Shown in pieces: positions 1-11,580 of a stretch of 64,000 nucleotides of DNA. Both the position numbers and the translations under genes were made by a program. Every line of letters starts with the position of its first letter. The first letter of the stretch is position 1. The stretch is from assembly GCA_036172245.1 (NCBI GenBank), contig JAYWIR010000026.1, forward strand, positions 2,170,001-2,234,000, in the 5' to 3' direction. Under the pieces are notes generated by a model. The model did no database searches. It was not told the DNA's origin and saw only the letters and a program-made list of their open reading frames with translations. The stretch is from Raillietiella orientalis (lineage: Eukaryota).

Positions 1-3000
1 GCGCCACCCAACGGTAAGGTTTCCACCTTCGCTCTTCACGATGGAAGCCAGTCAAGAAATGGGGATTCACCGAGGGGCAGTTCTGCGCCTCTGTTCCGTC
101 CCGATGTCGTGAAGGGGCTGGGGATGAGCGAAAGAGGGAGAAGCCCTAAGTCCCTACCCAAGCGGAGGCAGACGGGAGTGCCTCTATCCGCCCGCTCCGC
201 CGCGCAGGGCGCGTCGTCGCCCACGGAAACGCTCCCAGGAGTAAACTATTGATCCTGGAGTGAGAAGAGAGAGGAAAAGGAGGGAGGGCAGCGGGCCAGC
301 AGCTCTCGCCGCGATCTGGAGCGGTCCGCCTGCAGGCGGAAGGCAGACGGCCGGAGGAAGTTGGCTCGCTGCCTCCTTCGGGCGCGGGTCGCCTCGCGTG
401 AGCTTAGACGGCCCGGGAAAATGGCGGCAAACCGGAGGGAGAGCGCGGGATACTCTTCCCGCCGCGCCGCAGCGTGTCGCATTCTCCGGACCACCGTGCC
501 CGCGCGCGAGACCCTCCAGGGAGGTGGTGGAGGCAGGAAGGAGGAGGGGAGGGCGATCGCGGGGCGGACCAGTTAACGGGAAGCGGGCTGCGAGGGAGGA
601 ACGGCAGGAACTGTCTGAGGAACCGTGTCCGTTGATAGCCGGAAGGTGTGACTCCACCCCAGCTGGAAAGAACGGCGGGACGCGCGCTCCCCGGAGTTTA
701 CCCTGCTCTCGCCCGTCTCTTCTCCCCTTCCCTTTGCACGCTGGGTGCTCTCGTTCCTCCCCTTCCGCACGCCACCAGCAGTTTCTCGCCACGATAGGGA
801 GAGAAAGAGAGAGAGGGAAGGCGGCGGCAGCAGCAGCTTTTTCCTCTGCCATCGCTAGCCGGCGGCACTCGAGAGAGAGAGGGAAGGGGGGAAGGGAGGG
901 AAAAAGCAGCCCACCTCTTTCACCCTTCTAGCAAAAAAAAAGACTCGTTAACTCTCCCACCGGCTTGCATCCAGGGAAAACACGTCCAAGCAACGCGCGT
1001 TGCTGGGCAGAGGGAGGGATACGGCGACGCGCTTATGACCACAAGGACGCTGCTGCTGCGGCAGTCACGCTCCGCCTGCTTCGCGCACTTGCGGGTCAAG
1101 TTTCGCGTGCGCGCGCGCGCAAGCTGTCTGCCCTCCCCCCCCCCGGACGGGTACTTGGCGGACGAGTCCAATCCCGGGGGGGAGGAGGAGGGGAGTGCGC
1201 GGGACTATACGCGGAAGCTTTACGAAACAGAGTTGTGGCGAGTCCGATGGTGCTCGCTGGCGACAAACAACGGATGGGGTGGGGAGGGACGCCTCACCCG
1301 GCAGCGTGCGCGTGTATCCATGGAGAACGTGGATCCATGGAGAAAATTCCCCATGGCAGCCCCGAATCCGGAGACGCAGGGGTTTGTGTGGGTAGGGAAG
1401 GGACTCCGGGACCCTCTCTCTCCGGGAGCGCCCGATGGCAGCCGGTGGAGAGGAGGAGGGGAGTGTGTATGCAGAAGGTTCGGGAAACCGAGATGTAGCG
1501 AGCTCGATGACGCTCACTGGTCCCAAGACGCCCCGCGGTCCTCCGAGAGGGTGGCGACCCCTCCTCCCCGGTGCCACGGGGTAGCTCCCTGGCACCGGGG
1601 ACGCTGGCTGCTGCCCTGCGCATTTCGCGCGCGTACGCACTTGGGAAAGCAGCGACGACATCCGACCAGGTCGGGGGGGGAGGGGGGGGGAAGATGGAGA
1701 TGGTCCACCTGCTCGCGCACACAAGTCCTTCGCGCCTCGTGTCAAGTGACCTCCCGCCCCTCCCATACTCAGCCCTGGAGCTGGCGCAGCAGGGAGCGAA
1801 ACGTTCGCCCTCCCCTTACCCCCCTGTCCAACCTGATCCTCCCCAGCCTGGCAGCCCCCCGCCCCTTCCTCCCGCGAGCTCGTCCAGCTGGCCAGGCGCT
1901 TCCTCTCGAGCTCCGGCGGCCGCCAAAGCGTAGCACCAACGAACCTTCCCGCCGCCAACTCCGATGCCGTGGAGCGCGGAGGCGAATCAGCATCCTTCCA
2001 TCGCCCACTCTTCACCCCCTGTCAGCGAAACCATGTCAACTGACCGTGGATGGGGAGGAATGCCGCTCCTTTCGAAGCGGACGAGTCGGCAGGCCCCCCC
2101 CCCCCCACCTCCGGCTCGCAACACGCGGAAAACACCGGCGCCGCTGGCGCGCTTCCGGTGCGGTGGCAGCGGCTCCTCACCACCTCGCCCGTCTCCGCCT
2201 CCCCCCCAGGTGGCCGCCTTCCCGGGAGCGAGAGCTGTACCCGCTCCAGCGTCTACGAACATCAGGGATAAGAGATGCCGCCGCCTCAGGAGAAGCGTCT
2301 GCTGCTGCAGTCGTCCGGAGCGAAACCGGGAAAGGAGTGCAGGAGGACAGAGGGAGCGAAGGGGAGAGCTGCTCCAGGAGCCCCCCCGGTAATCTTCTCG
2401 CGCCTCGCCGTTGCCCGGATGTTGCGCGAAGAGTCCACTGTCTCGCGCGCGCACCACTGCCGCCCGCGGCCCGAAGGATCGTTGACCTCCGTGGGACAAA
2501 CACGGCGCGCGTGCGGTCGCGGGGCTCCGAGGAGGAGGAGGAGACTGGCGGCGCTTCAAAGCTCCGCTGCCCCCGCTCCGTGGAAGATCTTCCAAGAGGA
2601 GCGGCTCCTCGTAGGGGCAGCGCGCAGTCTCGGGCGTTCCGGGATGGAGGAGGGCGCGCGGGGTCTGTTCTAAAAGAGGTCTTCCAAGGAGCGGTCGAGG
2701 CGGGGATCCACGGAAGGGAAGCGGAGGGAAAGACCAAGGAGTGGTTCGGGAGGACAGCGGACGTAAGAGCGTCCGACCAAGGAGGGAACCGAAAGGGGAC
2801 AGCGGACCTCCCCGGTCGGGCTGGCGGAGGACGCTCAACGGGCGGATGATGGAGGTTTCCTCGCTGAAGAGCCGATCAGGCAGGGGTTGCACCACAAGAG
2901 GTCGGACGGGGAGGCGAAGCTGAGGACAGAGCGGAGTCTCAAGGCTTGCGGGGGGGGGGGGGAAGTGGTGTTTGCCATGGGGACTTCGAACGAACGCCGT

Positions 3001-5987
3001 CGCTGTCGGGGGACAGGAAGGGGAGGGGTCGAGGCAGAAGGGTTAGGGTCTTGCACCGGCAGACGGGCTGACACGCGCTCGCAACCAGGCGCGAGGTCGT
3101 GAAGAGGTAACCGACGGACAGAGGAGGGGGAGAGAAGTGAGGCGGTGGGGCTGGCAGCGACGGGCGTGGTTCCTACCACCCCATCACCCCGCCTCCCATC
3201 GCGCGCAACTTCTGCTCCGGTAGTGGTGGGGTCATGGGGTCAGGACCCTCAACTTCCTCAAAGGGAGTAGGCGGAATGAGGGATTCCCCCCTAGGGGCTT
3301 CGAAAGACTCCACTCGGCAGTCGCGCCCGCCCCCGAAAGTGGCGGGAAACGAGGCGGCAGGTTCCTGGAGCACGGAAAAAAAGGGGGAAGGCGGAAAGGG
3401 AAACTCAACTCGGTCGGGATGCCCCGCCATTCCTCCTGCAGGAGACAGTGGCGAGAGAGTGCGTCCCTGGAAAAGGCGGCTGACGTCCCGGGGACAGCCG
3501 CCTATTGGCCGGCTGCTGCGGGAGAGGAAGCGCAGGGGACTCGTGGGGTCAGACCCCCCCACTGCAGAGACGCCCTCCCGTAACGACGAGGGTCATCTGC
3601 GGGCGCTCCCGGCGAAGAGCGAGGAGGCGTGGGGCGAGAGGGAGCCAGCACCGGGAGAACTCCGTCGCCAGAGCAATGGCGCCGTCGTTATCGCCCCCGA
3701 CGCCTTGATAGGGGAGAGGGAGCAAGCGCACGGGTTGGTTGACCTGCTCTCCAGCGCCATAGCCCATCCCTCACCCTTCCGGACCTGGTTTTCTTGGTGA
3801 GACCTGCAAGGTCGAACACCCAGTGCGCGCCGTCGCACGAGACTCCCCCGCGCTGCCTTCCCTCCCCCTCACCGCGACGGACACTGCTGCAATGTGAGGA
3901 ATGCGAGGAACGCGGAGGGGTCAGCCTGGGGCGGGGAGGGAGCGGGAATGACCAACGGGGAAGAAGAGGGCTGGGGCGGCGATGACAAGCGCGGGATCAG
4001 AGGCCGCGTGGGCGTCCACATTGAGTGCCGCGAAGGAGAAGAAACAAGGAAGGTGAAGGAGGGCTTCTCCCCAAGGACCGTAGTGTCCATGAGCCACGTG
4101 GGGTGGAGGTGGGGGAGCCAGTGGGAGATCACCCGTGTTCTCCCGCCTGGAAACGCGCCGCCCCCTTCCAGAGCTCAGGAGGTGGGGGGGTGGACTGACT
4201 GGCGGCAAACCGAGCGAGCCGGCTCTGTTTGCCGCCACCGCTAGGGGGAGGACAGGAGGAGCCGAGCAGGCGCGCATGATCCCGATCTGGAATGTACACT
4301 CGCTCCTCTGTCCTAGGGAACTTCCGCGCGCCCCCAAGCTTCCGGAAGCGCAGCGACCATCCTCCGGATGCGCCGAAAAGACACTTCTGGAAGTCCTCCC
4401 CCTTCTCGTCCCCGGACATCCCGTCCCCATTCTTTCAGAGGTGGGAAGGGAAGCCCGCCGCCGAGGGTCCTCCTCCCCCCAAACAACGGGCTCCGGGGAC
4501 GTCCAGGAGTTGATTGCTACTGCGAATGCTGCCTTCTTCGGGCACGTCTTCCCTTCCCTCATTCGGGATAAAGTCGGGCACGAGGCGCTCAAGCGGGAGT
4601 CTCAGCTTCCCTCCGAAGACGCCTGCGAGGAGGAGAAGGGGAGTACCCAACTCCCTCAGCATCCACGGTCCTGGTGGGGCCGGAGAGAGGTCCCTCCTCT
4701 GCCAGCGACGGGAGCTGTCGCCGTCCCACGGAGTCAGAACTAGCAGGATGGAGGCGGTGGACGGCTCCCGCCCGGGGTCAAACGGCAGCGCAGGGGGAGG
4801 AACCTCCCCGACCGGCGATCTTCCCGCGCTCGCGCCACTTCTGCGCGGAAGGCCAGAGGAGGGCGGCGTGCGCTCCCAAGCGGCAAAGCGGTTCCTCGAA
4901 GCGTCCCGCATGAAAGGCCGCCCGCCCGCCCATTATCGGATGTCAGAACATCTTCCGAAAGGTCGGCGGTCCCTCACCGGTCGCCGCCGCCGCCACCACG
5001 CGCGTCCCTTTCCCGTCCCGAGGATCTCCCCCGTCCCGGTAGACGTGCGTGCGTGTGCGAGTCATCTTCGTGACGCGACGGGCGGATCGATGAAAAGCGA
5101 TGGATGGTGCGCACGCGACTGGCGCTCGCGGGGAGGCGAGGTGCGAATGGCGCGCGATGCGCGCGTCTCCCGGCGATCATCGACAAGCAGCGGAGGAGAG
5201 GCGGGCGGGGGCGCGAAGGACTAAAGGTTACAGCCATCTCCCTCCCGAGCGTTCCGAATGCTCGAAACGAATTTCAACTTCGCAGTTCGGTTGGAACGAT
5301 CCGCGCTCTGACGAATCCGCAGTTGCAGCCGCCGTTAATTCGCGTACGTGTGTGCAATCGCTATGACAAACCAGCTGTGTTCGTCAAGCACTTGCGTTGA
5401 TGCTCTCTCCACCTCCTCCCCCCGCACGCGCGTGTTCGCCCTGCCCCCCCCCCCCCCGCTTTTTCCAAACAAAAACTGATACGCTTCCCAGCCAATGCGA
5501 AAACGGAACGCGGCAAAAGCGTACTCACTAAAGGCGCAAAGTGTCGCCGGTGTCTTTTTTCCTTCCTTCCTTTCCTTTCTGTCTTTCCTCCCCCCCCCCT
5601 TTTTTTCCAATAGCACAAACGAACATTTCATGGCGTCTGCCAGCCTTCTTGCCGAGTATTTCCATCGTCGCCTCGCGCTTTTCAGCCGTTTCTCCCACAG
5701 AGTTTCGCCAGCAGGCCGGCACGCTCGCCCGCGCGACGTCTCCGTGACAACGGGGTTGCCTGCCCCCGTAGGCTAATCGCCTCGCCGAGTCGGGGAGGGG
5801 GGTGGGGGGGGGGACAGCGCTGAGAAAGGAGATCGAACCACCCATCAGTTGCAGCCCATGTAAAGCCTTCGAATGGAAAGGGGTAGTTTTCGTGAACTCG
5901 CAATATCCTCGGCGGAGCTGAATGTGTAACGCCGTTTTTATTTCATTTTATTTTTTCGTATGGCATTTGTTTCGTTTTGTTTTTTCT

Positions 5988-6039
5988 TGACGTCACGTAA
6001 CGTCACGCCGCTCGCGGGAATTTCTGACGCGTGACGCAG
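5988..6039. promoter_or_regulatory. CRE/ATF-like cluster: perfect TGACGTCA palindrome plus neighbouring CGTCA/TGACG half-sites
   Basis: TGACGTCA at 5988-5995, followed within ~45 bp by CGTCA, TGACG and TGACGCA, just after a T-rich tract. Motif match only; no target gene identified. Confidence 0.3.
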
Positions 6040-7547
6040 CGGCAATGGGACACGTCGACGGCCATTTCTATTTTCTTTTCTTGTTTTGTCTTTGCACACG
6101 GCTCGCTGGGAGAAGACGGAGCGAAATGGCGGCGGCGGTACGGAACGAAAACTGAGCTCAGCCCAATCGCAGATTTTGCCGTCCAAGGCACACGGAACGG
6201 AGACAAGGACGATGGGCAACGTATTTTTCAAGAACTTTATCTCTGTCTGCGTCTGTGTTTCTGTTTTTTTTGGATTTGATGTCCCTTTCCAGAATTTGAA
6301 TCGCCAGTGGGCACACGGGTTATTGCAGCTCCTCCTGGAAACCTGAATGCTTTTTTTTTTGTGTGTGTGTTTCTTCATTTCGGCTCACGGCACCTGCAGC
6401 GAAAATCACCCACGGGCCAGAGAGCAGACGCGGGAGGAGGATGCACCTCAGAGCGTTTCTCGTCTGCTTTGTGGAAGCTGTGACCACGTGCTGCTTTCGC
6501 ACGCATGCGCGGGTCGGCAGGTGCAGGCCCTCGGGAAACTGCCGGGACGGAAGCTTCCAGTGGCGCATTCGCTTCGATTGCTCCTTTCTTGAGCACTTCC
6601 GGTGCACCCCCGCCGGGAAGAGTCTTTCATTGCCCGATAGAGTTGCCTTGGAAACGGAGGGGGAGGGGAGAGAAGTAGCTTTGGAAGGGGTCCCGAAAGC
6701 GGGAGCACTCGGAAATGCTTACCTCGGAGTTAACCCTTCCGAGGAAGGGAACGCGGAGCGAAGAGTCCGCGTGCGGATGGCAGGGACCCACCGCATCATC
6801 GCGGAGGAAACCGACGCCGCATCCTCAACACTCCGTTGCCTGGAAATGCGCTAAGGAAGGGGCGTGCTGAAACCTGCGTGCTCACGTTCTCGGGGAGCGG
6901 TTCTGGCAAGACAGCATCCAGCGATCCCCCCGGCCGGTAGCATACGCCTTGGTGGGCTGCGCGGCAACCACCACCTGACGAGGCGCTTGGCGAGAAGAGA
7001 GCGGAGCTGTGGCGGGGTAGAGCGAACGCGCGCTCCTCGCCGAGTTCTCGTGGCAGCGGTTGCCCAGGCAACGCACGGGGACTCCGAGGAAGGTTCTCCA
7101 CGCCTGAGAGGCAGAGGCTGCGACGTCCTCTGCTCTCGGCCGAATACCACCCCGATCACGTACTCGCGCCAGGTTTTTGCCGCCCTGAGGCACTTCCCGG
7201 AGACACGCCGCCGTCAGAGATCTCCCCTTTCCTCCTGATGCCGTTGCCCCGGAGACAAAAGCTCTAGCGCTCTGGGTTCTTTTCATTTAGCTCCCTCCTC
7301 CCCCCAACGAGTCGACCAGCGGGTGGTGCTGCCGTGGCCCCAAGCAGAGCACTGCTGAGACCAGCGTGGTGGGAGGGGGGAGAGGGGGACACAAAAAGTG
7401 GAGTTCTCGGAGGAAGTGGGTGGGGAGGCGGCACAAGTGGAGGGAAAAGAGACGCAACCTCCCTCGTCCTCCTCTCTCCGAGTCCGCTCTGCGCGGAGTC
7501 CTCAGAGCAATGCTCCTGCATTCCCCCGCTGCTCAAGAGGGACGCGA

Positions 7548-8191
7548 GCATGCAGGCGAGGTGGGGAGCGAGCAAGGACCGGAGGGAGAGAGGAGGGGGG
7601 AGGGGGGAGCCGGCAGATGCAGCAGCCCCGCGATCGCTTCCGGGCCTCCTGGTAGGTCGTAAGCCGCCACCGCTATCGCGCGCGCGCGCGCATGGAGAAC
7701 AAGCTGCTGCTGCGGCGGCACCGGCGGAAACAGCCCCCTTCCTCGTGCCACGTGCGGAGGCGAGACGGCGCACAAGCTGCTGCTGCATCCTCCGGGGTTC
7801 GATCCCGCGACTCCCAGATCGCTCTCCCTCGCTCAAGTGGTTTCTACTGCTGGAGGCGTCCGCAGCCAGCGATTCTCCGGGGGCGAAAAGGGGCTACTCA
7901 GGATGCAGCGCATAATGTGCGCGCGCCTTGGGACGTCCCGGAGGAAACAGACTGAAAAGAAAAGAAAGAAAAAAAGTACGGAGGAAAGAACCGGTTTCCA
8001 TGGCGACGAAGTTGAGGGGAATTTGTTCGAGAGAGGGTCGGGAAGCGGGAACGAGGCACAAGAGACGCTCCGAGACGAGCGAGCGAGTGAATGGACGAGG
8101 ATGGGGGTGGGGTATATCCAAGAGTGCGTGCGGCTCCTTAGGAAACGCCTGCCGAGCACGTTACGAAGACGGGAGGAGGAGGGGGAACTCT
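7548..8191 (+). repeat. Left arm of 644-bp inverted duplication
   Basis: Reverse complement of 9862-10505 (end coordinates sum to 18053 at both boundaries). One mismatch found, 7923 G vs 10130 T. Mirror-image ORFs appear in the ORF track (7837..8193+ vs 9860..10216-). Confidence 0.97.
7994..8007 (-). promoter_or_regulatory. RFX/DAF-19 X-box motif (mirror copy at 10046-10059)
   Basis: The minus strand reads GTCGCC AT GGAAAC, fitting the GTHNYY-AT-RRNAAC X-box consensus. It lies ~45 bp upstream of a strong polypyrimidine-TTTTCAG acceptor (G at 7952, minus). Confidence 0.45.
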
Positions 8192-9861
8192 AGTATTGCG
8201 ATGCGCAACCTGCGCGCTTCTTGTTCTCCCACTCCCCTACGCGGAGAGGTGGAGACGGCAGAAAGAGGAGTGGGTAGACTATGCCACCCCTCTTCCTTCT
8301 ACGAAGGGTCCGAGATAGTCGCGGAGGAAAGGGGGAGGAACTTCAAGGACCTCTGGCCAGGCGCGGGCCGCACCCTTTCCACACACTTCTACTTACCCCT
8401 CATCCAGCGAGGACAAATCTGGACTCTTCTCGGGTGGTTCGGGGAACCGCCTCCCAGATTGAGAGGGGGCGTCAGGGGGAGGTCGAAGATCGGCGACCGC
8501 TGATGTGTGCCCGCTGGAGCTCGGCGAGGATCAGCGGAGGCATCAACGCCTAAGGCAGGGAACACCAAGTCGAGGCATCAGAAGCCAAGAGGGTCTGAGG
8601 AGGCGGCCGTGGCGGTCTTGAAAAGTCAAACGTAGGGGTTATAGCATTCTTCTCCCCTCATCTCTTGTCCTTGTTCTGGGCTGAGCCGAGTTTTCGGTCG
8701 CTCTTGAGATCTCTCCATCCTCGGGGAGCAGGAGGGGAGGGAGGGCTCAATGCTCCCTTCATCCACGAGGATTTCGCCGCCTCCTCGAGGAGACTCCCTG
8801 CCGTCCATCTTGCTTCCGTCCAACATCCTCTTTCCACGGTCGCTTCATTTCCTGCATCGCTCGTGGAGATGGGGACAGGGGAACGGGAGAAAATCACGCG
8901 TCCTCTGGCCGTCTCGAGTCTCGACCACCGGGCGACGCACTCTTGAGTCCCTACCTACGAAGGTCGAGCGTTCCAGGTGAAAAACAGCCGTCAGTGGATC
9001 TGCGAGAGCGCCAACCCGACGCGTTGCGTGCGCAGTGGAGCTCCAGGACTTCCTCCCTATCCTTCGCTCCCCGGTCCAGGGAAGGAAGTGTTACCCTTTA
9101 ACGAGGAGAGGACGAGAGAGGTCGTGCTCCTCCTACCGATCCCTCGTAGCGATTCTCTCCCGCCTTCAAAGGCTCCGAGACAGCGCCGTCGAATTGCCTG
9201 GGTGCCGTTTTCTACTCTCGCGCCTTCCCCCCGGACGTCTGGTCTGAGGGCGGCCGAAGCCTCTGGTCCGTCCACGCTGGGGACATGAGGCATAGGTCAC
9301 ATGGCGTCGGCACCGGAGGGGTTTCCTAAGAAGGAAGTGAGGGTGAGAGGGCGGCAGGAGAGGGAGAAATAAGGGAAGGGAGAAAGGCAACCGTCATCTC
9401 CCTGAAGGATCCGCTGCCGTCCCTCTCTACCTTTCGGGTTCAGGAGGTGCCCTCCCTACAGAACCTCCTGAGGCTCGCAAATCGATGAGAAGCGAGTGGG
9501 GTAGGAGACCGAGTGGCGACATCCGAGCCATTGGATGTGGTGGTGCGCTCTCTCGATCCGCGTGGGCTGCCTCGTGCACGTATTGCTGCTGTTCCTCGCA
9601 GCTCGGGCCCGTCGTTGTTTTGGCAACGAGATGGAGCAGCGAGGAACTCTCCTCTTCCTGCCACCCTGCACCCACTGTTAGCGAGAGAGCGGCCCGCGAG
9701 GGCACCTTTTACATGGCGACTCTTCCGGCTGCAGGGCTCTGCTCCTCCAGGCCGGTGGCGCCTTCGAAGACGGTCAGAGCGGCTTGGCGCCTAAACGCAG
9801 CGCGTTCCGCCGTTTCGCCGCGCATCCTGCCTACCAGATGTGCACCTCTCCTGAGTATATC

Positions 9862-10505
9862 AGAGTTCCCCCTCCTCCTCCCGTCTTCGTAACGTGCTCG
9901 GCAGGCGTTTCCTAAGGAGCCGCACGCACTCTTGGATATACCCCACCCCCATCCTCGTCCATTCACTCGCTCGCTCGTCTCGGAGCGTCTCTTGTGCCTC
10001 GTTCCCGCTTCCCGACCCTCTCTCGAACAAATTCCCCTCAACTTCGTCGCCATGGAAACCGGTTCTTTCCTCCGTACTTTTTTTCTTTCTTTTCTTTTCA
10101 GTCTGTTTCCTCCGGGACGTCCCAAGGCGTGCGCACATTATGCGCTGCATCCTGAGTAGCCCCTTTTCGCCCCCGGAGAATCGCTGGCTGCGGACGCCTC
10201 CAGCAGTAGAAACCACTTGAGCGAGGGAGAGCGATCTGGGAGTCGCGGGATCGAACCCCGGAGGATGCAGCAGCAGCTTGTGCGCCGTCTCGCCTCCGCA
10301 CGTGGCACGAGGAAGGGGGCTGTTTCCGCCGGTGCCGCCGCAGCAGCAGCTTGTTCTCCATGCGCGCGCGCGCGCGATAGCGGTGGCGGCTTACGACCTA
10401 CCAGGAGGCCCGGAAGCGATCGCGGGGCTGCTGCATCTGCCGGCTCCCCCCTCCCCCCTCCTCTCTCCCTCCGGTCCTTGCTCGCTCCCCACCTCGCCTG
10501 CATGC
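9862..10505 (-). repeat. Right arm of 644-bp inverted duplication
   Basis: Reverse complement of 7548-8191. The spacer 8192-9861 is 1670 bp. No target-site duplication in the outer flanks (..GGACGCGA | AGACGGCC..). Confidence 0.97.
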
Positions 10506-11347
10506 AGACGGCCCGCGGGCGGCTTCGGTCGCGCGTCTCCACGGTTGATCTCGCTCCAAGGCGAGCGAAATAAAGAGTCTGGGTGGTGAGCAGCGGATTG
10601 ACTCTCGGACAGGAGCGTCCCCCTCCCCACTGCACGCGGACGGGCGGTGACTTCTCCCTCCCCTCCCCCCGCTGGGGAAAGAGGACTTCTGCGCGCTCAC
10701 GCCTGCCAGCGGCTCGGAGGTCTTCAGGAAGGCTCCATGCTGTCGACTTGCCCTCAACCCATCCCCACTCTCTATTCACATCACCACTGCGGACCCATTC
10801 CAGGAAGGCGCGCATGGGAAGGAGAACGAGACGTCTGTCATGCGCCCGTCGGCTGATCCCTGCTGAACCCGCACTGGAGGTGGCACCTTCCAGCCCCAAC
10901 ATCGGTTCCCTATTTGAGTTTACCTGCAGCCGCTGTCGGGCGAACAACATGGGAGGAATTGAAGACCCCGCGCGGGAGAAGGGAGGCGAATTGGGGTGGA
11001 TGGTGAGGGGGGTGGGAAGGCGAGGGTGCTGAGGAGGGAAGGCGGGATGCACCCTATTGGGGTGGGAGGTGGCGGTTTCCAGTCTTCCTGCACCTCTTCT
11101 GGGCGCATCTCCACCTCCCTCACTGACGGACTGCGTGGAAGAGGAGGGTCCAAGAAGATGGGGGCTGGGGTGGGGGGCGAGGACGCGTCGCCCACCTGTG
11201 TGCCGGCCTGTCCCTCGTAGCTGCTCTCTCCAGGGCTCGCCGTGGCGGCAGTCGCCACCTCGCCAAAAAGGGGGGAAGGAGTCAGGGGGAGGACGGCGGG
11301 ATGGGCGCGCGCGCGGGAGGGCGGACGCCCTGCGAAGCATGGCAGCA

Positions 11348-11418
11348 CTGCATTTTAAGCAGTAGTGGGCGGGTAACCTCGACACCCTTACCTGCTCGCA
11401 CTACTACTTAGAGTGCAG
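11348..11418 (-). ncRNA. mir-252: microRNA precursor, miR-252 family (mature 5p approx. 11411->11388, CUAAGUAGUAGUGCGAGCAGGUAA)
   Basis: ~71-nt stem-loop with an 11-nt loop. The 5' arm on the minus strand matches the miR-252 family as recalled (seed UAAGUAG, C. elegans-type ...UAAGUAGUAGUGCCGCAGGUAA) except GCGAGC for GCCGC in the 3' half. The 3' arm UUACCCGCCCACUACUGCUUAAA is complementary. Confidence 0.88.
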
Positions 11419-11571
11419 ACGCGCCACCTCGGGCGCCGCCTCGGCGCCACTTCGCCGCTGCCGCCGCCGCGCGCGCGCGCGCTCCGGAGGTGTCCGCGCC
11501 GCTGCTGTCGTCGCCAGGAAGCGCAGCCTGGAGCGCGTGGCAGGCTCCCGGAGCGCCTGCAGCTGCCGCCG

Positions 11572-11580
11572 CCTTTTTAA
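11572..11580 (-). promoter_or_regulatory. TATA-like element, candidate pri-miR-252 core promoter
   Basis: Isolated TTAAAAAGG on the minus strand within very GC-rich sequence, ~155 bp upstream of the hairpin and downstream of GGGCGGGG boxes. Confidence 0.35.

Noticed and set aside
1035..2849. 604-aa ORF, and overlapping long ORFs on both strands in 1-5.3 kb
   Set aside because: Arg/Pro/Gly/Ala-rich translations typical of stop-poor GC-rich DNA; all frames are similarly open and no domain or exon chain was found.
7794..7816. GGGGTTCGATCCC, resembling a tRNA T-loop/B-box, inside the repeat arm
   Set aside because: No A-box, D-arm, anticodon arm or acceptor stem; not a tRNA and not enough for a SINE call.
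8395..8450. Minus-strand peptide PEPPEKSPDLSSLD resembling the Tc1/mariner SPDL motif in the spacer
   Set aside because: Four-residue coincidence with no other DDE/D motifs and no TA target-site duplication.
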